Made by a program: the position numbers and the translations under genes. 64,000 bases of DNA from a virus. How positions within the stretch are numbered: position 1 is the first letter of the stretch; the number at the start of each line of letters is the position of its first letter. Below, in pieces: positions 36,101 through 46,317 of this stretch. The stretch is taken from the IMG/VR virus record IMGVR_UViG_3300036772_000367, positions 91,227 to 155,226 of that record. One strand, 5' to 3'. The notes under the pieces are model-generated. The model was not told where the DNA came from, made no database searches, and saw only the letters and a list, made by a program, of their open reading frames with translations.

Positions 36101-37085
36101 ACGCGCGGAAGAGGAAGCGAAGAAGCGTAATACCGGCTTCGCGAAAACTCCGTGGTTGCGCCTGGAGGATGGCGACCAGGTCTATCTGCGCCTGATCGAT
36201 GATTCCGAAGACTGGATCTGGGTCAACCAGCACGAGTTCATCTCCACTAAGGGCGCTCCGCCAGACTTCAAGGCCGAGGGCAACAAGAAGTGGCCCACCA
36301 CCATGGGCGCTGTGTGTCGTCGCGACGAGGCATTCCAGGGCATCTACAACGACTGCTACATCTGTGACCACGTCACTAAAGATGGCAAAAAGGCTCGTCC
36401 AGCCCTGCGGCTCTATGCTCGTGCGGTGGAGCGGGAGCAGGTCCTGGGTACGCAGGAAATGCTGGAGGCAGGCAAGCTTGATCAGTACCCAGATCCGTCC
36501 AAAATGGTTGATCGTCGAGTAGGTTTCAAGGATGCCCAGGTGGAAGAGCCTATCCTGGATAAGGAAGGGAAGCCCACCGGCAAAACCGAGATGCGGCGCA
36601 AGATTGTTGTGCTGCGGTTCGGCATGAAGAACTTCTTCGGTGCCCTGCAAGGTCTATATGACGTGTACGGCAAACTCACCGACAAAGATCTATCGGTGAC
36701 CCGCAAGGGCTCTGACACCGACACGGTGTACTCCATCGTTCCTCTAGAGCCCACCCCAGGTCACGACTTGGCTGACCCGGTGCTGAAGGCGCGCTACGAG
36801 GAAGCAGCTCTGGCTGCTGGAGCCGACCTGACGAAAATCATTTCCGATCAAGCCAGCGACGATTACTATGCAAGGTTTTTCGACAAGACCAAGGACTTCC
36901 CGTCCAGTGGCAAGGGCAAGGACGACACCGAGTCCGAAGGCGCTCCCGTCGATCAGCAGGCCAAGCCAGAAGCTCGTGCAGCGGACCCGGAAGCCCTGCG
37001 TCGGATGCGTGAGAAGGTTCTGAACGCCAACCGCCCAGTTCAGACCGAGGAGCCTGCGGCGGCCAGCTCGGTGAACTTCGAGTAG
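36069..37085 (+). CDS. Single-stranded DNA-binding protein (gp32-like)
   Basis: LRLEDG..Y.R, H..., C...C.IC, TRKG..TDTVY pattern, acidic/low-complexity tail, just upstream of the polymerase. Confidence 0.7.
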   Translation: MTTPNFNRGGKRAEEEAKKRNTGFAKTPWLRLEDGDQVYLRLIDDSEDWIWVNQHEFISTKGAPPDFKAEGNKKWPTTMGAVCRRDEAFQGIYNDCYICDHVTKDGKKARPALRLYARAVEREQVLGTQEMLEAGKLDQYPDPSKMVDRRVGFKDAQVEEPILDKEGKPTGKTEMRRKIVVLRFGMKNFFGALQGLYDVYGKLTDKDLSVTRKGSDTDTVYSIVPLEPTPGHDLADPVLKARYEEAALAAGADLTKIISDQASDDYYARFFDKTKDFPSSGKGKDDTESEGAPVDQQAKPEARAADPEALRRMREKVLNANRPVQTEEPAAASSVNFE

Positions 37086-37159
37086 TTCACCGTTGCCGAC
37101 CGGCGGCCCTGCCCCCGTGAATGGGCTGGGCCGTCGGTCACCCGACTGTGGGAGCGGCC

Positions 37160-40100
37160 ATGCATGTGGTTCATGCCTATGCCTCGGGTATCATCGACAT
37201 TGATGACATCAAGCTTCCTCGGCATAGTTTGATTGAAGATGTCGATGGCATTCGTTTGTTGTTCATCGATAGTGCCTACATTCCTCAGGCAGAATGGATC
37301 GACGCAGCGAACCGAGGAGCCCAAGCAATTCTATGGCTAGGTGCTGATCTTCGTATTCGCTATATTTCGGTAGAACGTTATGCCGAGGAGAAGATCTCTT
37401 CGGAGCGCAATGCTATGTTGTGCTTCACGGTGCCAAAGACATCTTGGAATCGATGCGATCGACTGCTGTCCTACGTCGAGATGGACTTCCAGGCCCGGGA
37501 CGTCCAGGGCTTCGTGCACCTACATACCCACAGTGAACACTCGGCGCTGGACGGCATCTCTACCATCGAGGAGATCATCGACGCGGCGCTGGCGGACGAC
37601 CAGCAGGCCGTCGCCATCACCGACCATGGAGTCTGTGCCGGGCACCCGGTCCTGGCACTGGCGGCCGAGAAGAAGGGCATCAAGCCCATCTTCGGCATGG
37701 AGGCATACCTCGTTGATGACCGCCATGCCCGTGATGGTAAATCCAACGACTACTGGCATCTGGTGCTGTGGGCCATGGACGACGAGGGGCTGCATAACCT
37801 CTGGGCCATGTCCACGGAATCTTACCGCGAGGGTTTCTACTACAAGCCCCGATTGGACTGGGATACCCTCCGGCGGCTGAATAAGGGTGTCATGGCATCC
37901 ACCGCGTGTCTCGGTGGTCCACTGCTGGATCCCTGGCAGTCCGGTGATATTGACAAGGCGATCACCAATCTCGCTCAGCTCAAAGACATCTTCGATGATC
38001 GCCTCTACATCGAACTTCACGTCAACCATCTGGAACAACAGATCGCGGGTAACCACTGGCTCGTCGGTATCGCCGAGCAGTACTCGGTGCCGATGGTGGC
38101 CGTCGTGGACTCCCACTACGCCACCCAGGACGACGCTCACGCCCATCGGGTCTGGCTGGGCATCCAGACCAACACCGACGTCCAGGACGACGACACCACG
38201 CTGTTTGCCGGAGATCAGGACTACCACCTGATGACCGAGGCCGAGGTGCGTGAGGCACTGTCCTATCTGCCCGTCGAGATAGTGGATGAGGCCGTACGCA
38301 ACACCGCACGGGTGGCGGCACGATGCACCGCGAGCATGACCGGCAAGGGCCACAACCCGGTCTACACCCGCAAGCTCAGTACTTCCCACGAGGAGCGTGC
38401 CCAACTCGATGCCGAACGGCTGCTGGACATTTGCCTGGAGCGCTGGGAGCTGCGCACCGGAGGCAAACAGCAGCCGCAGGATGAGTACCTGGCCCGATTT
38501 GAACGCGAAATCGAGCTGATCATCAAGAAGGGTTTCGCAGGCTACTTTTTGATGAACTGGGATCTCGTGAGCTATGCCAAGTCACATGGTGTGCTGGTGG
38601 GTCCGGGTCGAGGCTCTGGTGGTGGTTCTCTGGTGGCCTACGTTCTCGGCATCACCGAGATCGATCCGGTAGAAAACGATCTGCTGTTCGAGCGGTTCAT
38701 GACCGAGGGCCGAGTCGAGTTGCCGGACTTCGACATTGATTTCCCCAGTTCCCGCAAGGGGTTCATGCTCGACTACGTTCAGCAGCGCTGGGGAGCGGCC
38801 CACATCGCCATCGTCGGGACGCATCTGCGGCTGAAGAACAAGGGCGCCATCAACGACACGGCCCGCGCCATGCGGTCTCAGTTGCCCGACACGACGCTCG
38901 CTGACCTACAGCTGGTGTCCAAGCTCATCGACGCGGCCGAGGCCAGCACAGCCGGTCTGGGGCTGTCGTGGGATGACCTCTGGGCTGAGCACGGAGAGGT
39001 GCTGGAGCCCTTTCGGGAGCGCTACCCCGAGCTATTCGCTATGGCAGCCAAGCTCCGGGGTCGGTTGAAGACCTACAGCAAGCACGCGGCAGGCGTCATC
39101 ATCGATCCCGACGATGAGTTGACGGACTCCCTACCGCTGTGGTCGGGTACCGACCAGCCCTACATGACCACCCAGTTCGACAAGAACGTCTTGGAGAAGC
39201 TGGGATATGTCAAATTCGACATGCTGAATCTACGTAACCTCGACACTATTCAGGACTGCGTGGATCTCATTCATGAAAAGACTGGCCGGTGGATCAGTCC
39301 CTACGATTGGCGCGACGAGTACGCGGATCCCTATGTTTGGGACGAGATCTCCGACGGCTGGACACTGGGCATCTTCCAGGTCGAGACGACAGCTGGAACC
39401 CGGTTGACCAGACGGTACCGCCCCCAGAACGTGGCAGATCTGGCGAACATCATCACGCTGGTACGACCCGGTCCCACGCGCTCCGGACTGACCGAGACCT
39501 ACTTTCGACGCCGTACGGGTGAGGAAGAAACCACCTTCGTTGACCCTCGTCTGAAGATGGTGTTGGCGAAGACCTACGGCACGTTGCTGTATCAGGAAAA
39601 TATCATGGCTACCACGATGGCGTTGGCTGGCTACGGTGGTGACGAGGCTGATGAAGTACGCAAAATTCTAGGTAAGAAGCTTGTAGAAAAAGTAGCTGGA
39701 GCTGGACGGAAGTTTAAGCAGCGAGCTATTGAGAATGGTACCCACGAGGATGTCGCAGAACTTCTCTGGGACCAGATGGCTGAGTTCGCGAAGTATACCT
39801 TCAATGAAGCACATGCTTACGCCTACGCTATCATTGGCTACTGGACAGCGTGGTTGAAGTTCCACTATCCGGTGCAGTACCTGTGCGCCTCTCTATCCAC
39901 GATCAAACAGGAGCGCATTCCTGAATTCGTGGAAGAAGCCCGGCGCATGGGCTACCAGGTTTTGCCGCCAGACGTCAATGAGTCCAAGATCGGCTTCACG
40001 GCCCAACAGATGTCCGTCCGCTATGGACTGATGTCGATCAAGGGGATCGGGGAGATCGCCGCACAGGCCATCATCGCGAACCAGCCCTACAAGTCCTGGG

Positions 40101-40807
40101 AGGACTTCCTGGAACGACGGGACACCAAGTGCAATGCCGGTCACATCAAGACTCTGATCCGCATCGGCACGTTCGATTCCCTGGTGCCCAACCGTCGAGG
40201 GCTGGAGACGCTCGTTGCTGAAGGAGAACTACCGGCGGCCGAGCGATGTGTCTACCGAGGTCCTACGTCTCTGGTGACGATGTTGCCGTGTGTGTTCGAC
40301 TGGCCGTCCGAACCGATTGAGGTGGGCCGTACCGGCAAGCCGAAGAAGCCGAAGCCGCCACCGAAAAAGTGCACGCGGGCGTGTCGGCACTTCACCGAAC
40401 GAGACCCGCTGGATCCGCTGACCGTGGCGCCGTACACCGATGAGGACATCCGCCGAGTGGAGATGGAGTTCCTCGGTGTATTCCTCTCCTCCACGCCCTT
40501 TGATCGACTGCCGGACGAAGACCGTCAGTCGGTGTCCACCGCGATGGACGTGCTGACCGGACCGCAGGGCAGTTACCTCATCGCAGGTCTGGTGAAAGCC
40601 TTCCGACTCAAGCCCGGAGGAGATCGGTATGGGCGCCCGATGGGCTGGATCACCTTCACCACCGAACGCGGGGAGCTGGACGCGGTGGTGTTCAGCAAGA
40701 CCTATGAACGTTTCGGGGTCTACCTGAAATCCGGAATGCTCGCCTACGCCACGGTGGACAAGAACAGTCGTGGACAACAACTCGACCTTTTCCAACCTCT
40801 GGATTGA
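37160..40807 (+). CDS. dnaE: DNA polymerase III alpha subunit
   Basis: PHP domain HLHTHSEHS, TDHG, GPGRGS, PDFDID, HAAG, KFDML, FNEAHA, C-terminal OB fold. Confidence 0.96.
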   Translation: MHVVHAYASGIIDIDDIKLPRHSLIEDVDGIRLLFIDSAYIPQAEWIDAANRGAQAILWLGADLRIRYISVERYAEEKISSERNAMLCFTVPKTSWNRCDRLLSYVEMDFQARDVQGFVHLHTHSEHSALDGISTIEEIIDAALADDQQAVAITDHGVCAGHPVLALAAEKKGIKPIFGMEAYLVDDRHARDGKSNDYWHLVLWAMDDEGLHNLWAMSTESYREGFYYKPRLDWDTLRRLNKGVMASTACLGGPLLDPWQSGDIDKAITNLAQLKDIFDDRLYIELHVNHLEQQIAGNHWLVGIAEQYSVPMVAVVDSHYATQDDAHAHRVWLGIQTNTDVQDDDTTLFAGDQDYHLMTEAEVREALSYLPVEIVDEAVRNTARVAARCTASMTGKGHNPVYTRKLSTSHEERAQLDAERLLDICLERWELRTGGKQQPQDEYLARFEREIELIIKKGFAGYFLMNWDLVSYAKSHGVLVGPGRGSGGGSLVAYVLGITEIDPVENDLLFERFMTEGRVELPDFDIDFPSSRKGFMLDYVQQRWGAAHIAIVGTHLRLKNKGAINDTARAMRSQLPDTTLADLQLVSKLIDAAEASTAGLGLSWDDLWAEHGEVLEPFRERYPELFAMAAKLRGRLKTYSKHAAGVIIDPDDELTDSLPLWSGTDQPYMTTQFDKNVLEKLGYVKFDMLNLRNLDTIQDCVDLIHEKTGRWISPYDWRDEYADPYVWDEISDGWTLGIFQVETTAGTRLTRRYRPQNVADLANIITLVRPGPTRSGLTETYFRRRTGEEETTFVDPRLKMVLAKTYGTLLYQENIMATTMALAGYGGDEADEVRKILGKKLVEKVAGAGRKFKQRAIENGTHEDVAELLWDQMAEFAKYTFNEAHAYAYAIIGYWTAWLKFHYPVQYLCASLSTIKQERIPEFVEEARRMGYQVLPPDVNESKIGFTAQQMSVRYGLMSIKGIGEIAAQAIIANQPYKSWEDFLERRDTKCNAGHIKTLIRIGTFDSLVPNRRGLETLVAEGELPAAERCVYRGPTSLVTMLPCVFDWPSEPIEVGRTGKPKKPKPPPKKCTRACRHFTERDPLDPLTVAPYTDEDIRRVEMEFLGVFLSSTPFDRLPDEDRQSVSTAMDVLTGPQGSYLIAGLVKAFRLKPGGDRYGRPMGWITFTTERGELDAVVFSKTYERFGVYLKSGMLAYATVDKNSRGQQLDLFQPLD

Positions 40808-40815
40808 GAGACACG

Positions 40816-41880
40816 ATGGCTGTAGAGCAACTGGGACCGAGCGCGGCGGCACTCGCGCAGTTCGAGAAGACCTTCGCCAAGAGCTTCGGTGATGCCGTAC
40901 TGCGGCGCGTGGATGACACGGTGCGCTACGACGTGATCCCGACTGGTTCCTTGGAGTTGGATCTGGCGATGGGTGCCGGCGGCTACGTCCGGGGGCGGTT
41001 GACGGAGCTGTACGGACCGACCGGTTCGGGCAAGACGACCATGACCCTGTTGGCCGCTGCCGAGGCACAACATGCTTACCCAGAGGAGATGGTGGGCTTC
41101 ATCGACATGGAGCACACCTTCGATGCCGACTGGGCTGAGTGCCACGGTGTGGACCTGCAACGGTTGTATCTGGTGCAGCCTCAGGATTCCGAGGAAGTCG
41201 CTGACGTTCTGAAGCAGATGACCGAGGCTGGTTTCTTCTCCGTCATCATCCTGGACTCTATTGGTGCGATGATTCCCAAGGAGGAAATGGAGAAGAACGC
41301 CGGGGACGTCTCGGTGGGGACCGCCGCGAAGATCATCACCAGGATGGTCAAGATCAGCACGGTGCAGGCGCACAAGTTCAACGTCGCCATCCTGCTGATC
41401 AATCAGATCCGAGCAGTCATCGGAGGCCCTCCCATGGGAGCCAAGACTGGTCGGGGTGGTGGCTTCGCACTGACACACGTGACCACACACGTGCTGAAGT
41501 TCCGCAAGTCCGATGCAGCCATCACGGTTGGCACTGACGATGCCAAGACCGAGATCGGTCAGGAGATCGCGGTACAGGTGGAGAAGAACAAGATCGCTCC
41601 CGCGAAGAAGACCGCGCGGATCACGTTGATGCATCGGGAGACAAGCAAGTTCGGGCCGATCGGTGTGGATCGTGCCAGAGAAGCCGCGATCCTGGCGAAG
41701 AAGCTTGCTCTGGTGCCTATTTCTGGTTCTTATTACCAATTCCGCGATGAGAGGGTCAGTTCGAAGGAGGCTGCTATCGACTATCTGCGGAAGCATCCTG
41801 GTGAGGTTGCCAGCATTCGTCAGGCGGTGTTGGCCACGGTCGCCGATACTCTCGTGCAGGACGACCTGGATGAAGGCTGA
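40816..41880 (+). CDS. recA: RecA recombinase
   Basis: IPTGSLELDLAMG.GG, GPTGSGKTT, FIDMEH, LDSIGA, INQIR, KNKIAP. Confidence 0.95.
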   Translation: MAVEQLGPSAAALAQFEKTFAKSFGDAVLRRVDDTVRYDVIPTGSLELDLAMGAGGYVRGRLTELYGPTGSGKTTMTLLAAAEAQHAYPEEMVGFIDMEHTFDADWAECHGVDLQRLYLVQPQDSEEVADVLKQMTEAGFFSVIILDSIGAMIPKEEMEKNAGDVSVGTAAKIITRMVKISTVQAHKFNVAILLINQIRAVIGGPPMGAKTGRGGGFALTHVTTHVLKFRKSDAAITVGTDDAKTEIGQEIAVQVEKNKIAPAKKTARITLMHRETSKFGPIGVDRAREAAILAKKLALVPISGSYYQFRDERVSSKEAAIDYLRKHPGEVASIRQAVLATVADTLVQDDLDEG

Positions 41881-42259
41881 CATGGATTCCATCGCCTTGT
41901 CCCTGGCGATCATCGCCCTGGTGATAGCCCTCTTTGCTTTCATCTGGCTGCTCTTGAAGCGCGGCGATCCACCCGTCTCTCTACCGGAACTCGACGCTTC
42001 CCCGGCCCCTCTACCGCAACGGCCTCTGGTACTGTCCGTCACGCCGGGCGCACCGAAGCACGGCCCCTACATCCTCCCGTCTTTGGGTGCCTTCGCTATT
42101 ACTGACTATCACGTGCAGGACTATGATGAGCCCCTGCGTTGTTGTACATGCGGACGCGAGTTTGTCGAAGACGAATCGTTCTGGTCCATCGATATTCCTG
42201 ACTATCCTGATGGACTCCTGGGCGTCTGCACCCTCTGTTATGGAAAGGCCATTGCGTGA
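41870..42259 (+). CDS. Membrane-anchored protein with CxxC pair
   Basis: N-terminal TM helix, CCTC...CTLC. Confidence 0.55.
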   Translation: MKADMDSIALSLAIIALVIALFAFIWLLLKRGDPPVSLPELDASPAPLPQRPLVLSVTPGAPKHGPYILPSLGAFAITDYHVQDYDEPLRCCTCGREFVEDESFWSIDIPDYPDGLLGVCTLCYGKAIA

Positions 42260-42786
42260 TCGCGCAACCCAAGCCGCATCTTTTGCATATCTTTGTCAGT
42301 GATGAAGGATTTTATGAGTATTCCCTTGATTGTCCCCATGACGACGAGGCTGATCGGTCGTGTGCTGTGTACGAAGAGTGCACCGAGCATTCGATGCCAC
42401 CAGAGCCCGACAGCGAATGTCCGCCCTACCGGTGGACCGATGACGCCAAGCTCGCACGAGATGAACAAGACCACTGGCTCTATGCGGAGGACGCTGACCC
42501 GGTGGCCGTGGTGCAGTGGAGCGAGTACGACCGTGCGCTGGAAGCCTGGGAGGACGGCCACGACATGGTCAGCGGAAGCGTCGGATTTCATCGGGACGAC
42601 AGCCGCTGCTGGGTAGTCGAATGGGTACACAACGACATTATCACTGAAGGCTGGGATCTCGTTGATTTCACTCGTGTTGAAGTGACCTCTCCGCTGCTGG
42701 TGCGGTGGTCCAATCGAGGCGGCGTCGATGACTCCTATCTGGAACTCTCTCCCTGGGAGAATGATGAAAAAACTCACGACGCATGA
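42256..42786 (+). CDS. Acidic hypothetical protein
   Basis: GTGA coupling, in operon. Confidence 0.55.
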   Translation: MIAQPKPHLLHIFVSDEGFYEYSLDCPHDDEADRSCAVYEECTEHSMPPEPDSECPPYRWTDDAKLARDEQDHWLYAEDADPVAVVQWSEYDRALEAWEDGHDMVSGSVGFHRDDSRCWVVEWVHNDIITEGWDLVDFTRVEVTSPLLVRWSNRGGVDDSYLELSPWENDEKTHDA

Positions 42787-43189
42787 TATGGGCGATGCCC
42801 ATGAAGAATTCCTGGCGCGGCTCCTCCAGGGGCGTCGCTCACGAGGCTCGGGAAATCAATTCAACGACCAGATGGATGGCCGCAACGACGTCCACACGCC
42901 CTACCGGTTGGCGTGGGACGGCAAGTCCACCCTCGGTAAGTCCATCGGCGTGACGCTGGAGATGTGGGCCAAGGCCGCCCAGCAGGCCGGTGGCGAGATC
43001 CCGCTGCTCGCCCTGCGGTACTACTCCAACGAGCGCCTGACGGCGGTAGGGGCCGATCTGGTGGCTCTGTCCATCCATGACTTCGTGGAGATCCTTCACG
43101 CGGCCCGGCAGTGGCAGGCCAGCCAGACGCCGAAGGACCCTACCGATGCTGAAGTGAATCTCCAGGATTTCCTGGATGACTTTGAATGA
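42761..43189 (+). CDS. Hjc-like PD-(D/E)xK nuclease (Holliday junction resolvase-like)
   Basis: G..HEE.LA..L.G.R.RGSG...DG......WDGKST. Confidence 0.6.
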   Translation: MMKKLTTHDMGDAHEEFLARLLQGRRSRGSGNQFNDQMDGRNDVHTPYRLAWDGKSTLGKSIGVTLEMWAKAAQQAGGEIPLLALRYYSNERLTAVGADLVALSIHDFVEILHAARQWQASQTPKDPTDAEVNLQDFLDDFE

Positions 43190-43935
43190 CCGTCACGCCG
43201 AATTTCCGCAAGATGGTCACCGAGATGAATCAGGGCAATATCCTGATTCCTCTCATTCGAGCGGCATTGTATTCCCCTGACTTCAAAGGATTCCCTCTCA
43301 TGGTGGAGGGATGGCAAGAGCGGCCGTATGACGGTTGGTTCCATCCCTCCACACACGCGACGTGGACAGCACGACAACTGACCTATTATCTGGTTCATGG
43401 AGACAAGGTCACGCCGGAGCCACCGGAACTGAGCTTCGTCTTCGCCGTGACACAGGGGAAGTTTTGGCACGACTTCATTCAAGAACTCTTGCTGGAACGC
43501 AAGGCGATGGTTCAGAAGGAACGGCCACTGGAGGATCTGGAGCATCATCGACGCGGACACATCGATGGGGCGCTGTCCAACGGCGAGCTGTTCGAGTTCA
43601 AGACGGCGAATGAAAACGCTATTCGTTGGATGAGTTCCGTAGAGGACCTGAAAAAATACAAGCCGGATTACTATGCCCAGACGCAGGACTATCTAGACAT
43701 GGCTGGTGTAGATCGGATGCGCTACCTGGTCTTCACGCCCGCGTTCCCCTTCACCATGAAGGAGTACGTGGTGCACGCCGACAAGCCCTTCCAGGCAGCG
43801 CAGCGAGCCAAGTACGCCCGTGCCCTGGAGGCTGCGCGTATCGGAGTGCTGCCGGATCCCTGTTGCGCCGTCCGCTCGAAGGAGGCCAAGCAATGCCCCA
43901 TGCGATGGATATGCCCGGTCGGCCAGGCGAGCTGA
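43186..43935 (+). CDS. Cas4/RecB-like PD-(D/E)xK exonuclease
   Basis: HPS, G..WH, GHIDG...EFKT, YYAQ.Q.Y, C-terminal C..CP...C. Confidence 0.75.
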   Translation: MTVTPNFRKMVTEMNQGNILIPLIRAALYSPDFKGFPLMVEGWQERPYDGWFHPSTHATWTARQLTYYLVHGDKVTPEPPELSFVFAVTQGKFWHDFIQELLLERKAMVQKERPLEDLEHHRRGHIDGALSNGELFEFKTANENAIRWMSSVEDLKKYKPDYYAQTQDYLDMAGVDRMRYLVFTPAFPFTMKEYVVHADKPFQAAQRAKYARALEAARIGVLPDPCCAVRSKEAKQCPMRWICPVGQAS

Positions 43936-44282
43936 ATCATCCTATTCTTGGGGATGGTCGGATTATCCTCAATGGTGTTCGATACTACATTGTCGATGCT
44001 GAGATGAACTATAACTTCAATCAATTTACTGGAAGTCTGCGAGATCAGTTCGTTGGTGGTGCGCCGACTCCCGACATTACCTTGACGATTCGACCGGAGA
44101 TCATCTATGGCGTTACGCGACCTCAAACAGAAACTCGACAGCCAGAGCGAGCTCCAGAACCAGAGGCTCCAGTCGAAGAAATGGAGCATTCCATCTACGA
44201 CATCCTTCGGTCTGGGCCGGGTGATAGCGCTGGATCCGAGTCTACGGGCGACGGGGGCAGTAGCCCTGACCTCTACTGGTAG
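43911..44282 (+). CDS. Possible hypothetical protein overlapping both neighbours
   Basis: Only ORF covering the 43936-44106 gap. Start is uncertain. Confidence 0.3.
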   Translation: MPGRPGELNHPILGDGRIILNGVRYYIVDAEMNYNFNQFTGSLRDQFVGGAPTPDITLTIRPEIIYGVTRPQTETRQPERAPEPEAPVEEMEHSIYDILRSGPGDSAGSESTGDGGSSPDLYW

Positions 44283-44772
44283 TCAGCTCATCGCGGGGTT
44301 CGCACATGTCTTCACGACCCCCGCTGACCTGTCTGAAGTCGGTCACGAGAGCAACATGGTGCGCGCCCAGATGATCGCGGAGCAGTTCCGGATCTGGTTG
44401 CAGTACCGGTCCGACGTCTTCCTCGCCGAGGAACCGTGGACCGTGGTGGTCGAGGCGCCTCCGGTGGCGGTGGGTACCATCCGGCGACCGGAGTCTTCCC
44501 TGTTGGCGTGTCTGGCGCTGCGGCTGGTGGCGACGGAGAACAAGCTGCCCATCGCACCGATGATCAGTGCCCAGGAGCACCACTGGTTGTGCGGCGGCGT
44601 ACGTAACGACAAGGTGAAGGCCCACGCCGAGCTGAAGTTCTGGGCACCGCATGTCATCGCGGGCTTTCACGACATCACCAATGAGGCCCTGCGCGACGCC
44701 CTGGGTGTCGGACTGGCTCATCTGAAGCGAGTACGCGATGACACAGTTTCAGCAGCGCAACCGCATCGGTGA
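44107..44772 (+). CDS. RuvC-like Holliday junction resolvase
   Basis: VIALDPSLRATG, VVEAP, K...NEALRDALG. Confidence 0.75.
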   Translation: MALRDLKQKLDSQSELQNQRLQSKKWSIPSTTSFGLGRVIALDPSLRATGAVALTSTGSQLIAGFAHVFTTPADLSEVGHESNMVRAQMIAEQFRIWLQYRSDVFLAEEPWTVVVEAPPVAVGTIRRPESSLLACLALRLVATENKLPIAPMISAQEHHWLCGGVRNDKVKAHAELKFWAPHVIAGFHDITNEALRDALGVGLAHLKRVRDDTVSAAQPHR

Positions 44773-45184
44773 GCGTTGGTGGTTCCCTCGGAATGCTTTC
44801 CGCACCAGTTCTAATCTTCCTGAGCCATGTTTAGATGAGATGAATCAGGCACGGCGGTATGACCTTCAGGTGCTCTACGTGGAATATGGAATGTCAATCT
44901 GGCAGATCGCTGAGTACTATGATCGGTTGGAATCCGATGTGCGCGGCTGGTTGGATGCCTATGAGTTGCACCGTCCCTTGAAGAACTATCGTCGGTCTAC
45001 TCCGGATGATTACCGCCGGGATCGTGTGTGCATTGTGGATGTCCCCATCGGATCGACCAGGTGGGGTGTGCAATTAATGTCAATGTCTTTGTTGGAATGT
45101 GGTCACCGCTCACCCAGTCTGGCAGCACCGCAACACGGTCAACTGGTTTGTGCTGTCTGTAGGAGAATTGATGAAGGATCCTGA
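44738..45184 (+). CDS. HTH plus Zn-ribbon hypothetical protein
   Basis: LYVEYGMSIWQIAE...VRGWL helix-turn-helix; LECGH...CAVC. Confidence 0.5.
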   Translation: MTQFQQRNRIGERWWFPRNAFRTSSNLPEPCLDEMNQARRYDLQVLYVEYGMSIWQIAEYYDRLESDVRGWLDAYELHRPLKNYRRSTPDDYRRDRVCIVDVPIGSTRWGVQLMSMSLLECGHRSPSLAAPQHGQLVCAVCRRIDEGS

Positions 45185-45866
45185 CGAGGACAAGGTGCGG
45201 GCTAGTGGTCTAACCCCGGCGCAGGAAGAGACCCGTGAGGTCGCGAAGGAAGCCGACCAGGAGATCCACCCGGAGTTGCCGGACGAGCGCGAGCGGCGCT
45301 TCCAGACGCACGGTTTCAGCCGGATGCGTACCGACTGGCGTGGACCGGACGCGGTCATGATGTCCTCGGTGCACACCATCGTGAGTCATCGCATCGCGGA
45401 GCGGTTCTCCGATGCGTTCGAGATCATGTACGAGCTGTACGACGTGGTACGCGAGCCGGTGATTGTTGACGGAGTGCCCAAGGTCGACGAGTACGGCATG
45501 ACCGAGTGGAAGATCGGACCGAGCGGAAAGTACATCGAGGACTGGTCCAAGCTCACCTTGCGTCAGCGAGAACGCTTCCTCTACCTGATTACTACCAGAT
45601 TGTTCGACTGGACCCAGAAGTCAGCCGAGCTGTGGGGAGAGTCCATGATGGCCAAGGCTCTATGGGAGGAAGCCTTCGCCATCGGGTTCGAGTCGACTCC
45701 GGGCGGCAAGGCCACGATCGATGACCGCCGTGCGCGAGGAACCCGAGAGTCCGCCCCAGATCGTTATTTTGCCATTCTCACCGCCTACTACAGCCGCAAG
45801 GCTGACGCCATTGTTCGCACGATGGAGCTGCTGTCGCAAAGATTGAAGGACGTGCATACCGCATGA
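45171..45866 (+). CDS. Hypothetical helical protein
   Basis: AGGAG RBS, strong codon bias. Confidence 0.65.
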   Translation: MKDPDEDKVRASGLTPAQEETREVAKEADQEIHPELPDERERRFQTHGFSRMRTDWRGPDAVMMSSVHTIVSHRIAERFSDAFEIMYELYDVVREPVIVDGVPKVDEYGMTEWKIGPSGKYIEDWSKLTLRQRERFLYLITTRLFDWTQKSAELWGESMMAKALWEEAFAIGFESTPGGKATIDDRRARGTRESAPDRYFAILTAYYSRKADAIVRTMELLSQRLKDVHTA

Positions 45867-46177
45867 GTCAAGTGCAACGCGATGTATTGTGCGAGCTTCT
45901 CGAAGCTATTGAGGAAAATGATCTCAACTACGAGAAGCGATATCGATTTATCTTTCATGCATTGGTAGACGCCCTGTATCTGGGTTACCCGGGTGGAGTG
46001 CGTGTCGATCCGAATGACCCGGAGTGGTCAGTGGTCTACATTGAGCTACCGACCGGTCAGGTCTCGTGGCGCGTGCCACAACACGTGAAGCCATGGGACT
46101 ACCACTCCACCGAGGAGAAGTACGAGCGCATCCATCGGTACCGAGAGTATGCCCAGGAGCTTCCTCGGGAGCGGTAG
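45863..46177 (+). CDS. Conserved phage hypothetical protein
   Basis: W.VVYIELPTGQVSW..P.....WD.HS..EKYERI motif. Confidence 0.65.
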   Translation: MSQVQRDVLCELLEAIEENDLNYEKRYRFIFHALVDALYLGYPGGVRVDPNDPEWSVVYIELPTGQVSWRVPQHVKPWDYHSTEEKYERIHRYREYAQELPRER

Positions 46178-46317
46178 TTGCTCTTTTGGTGATCCTGAGT
46201 AATCATGGGCGCCATACGGGTGGTCTGCCTGTCGCTCCGCCTACAGGGGCGCCCTACGTCCCGGCCAGAGAGAGGGTCAGACTGGTCACACGTGCTGTCT
46301 GGAGATGATCAACCTGC

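Noticed and set aside
43186-43935. Cas4 as an adaptation gene for the array
   Set aside because: It is 20 kb away in the recombination cluster, and solo Cas4-like nucleases are common in phages.
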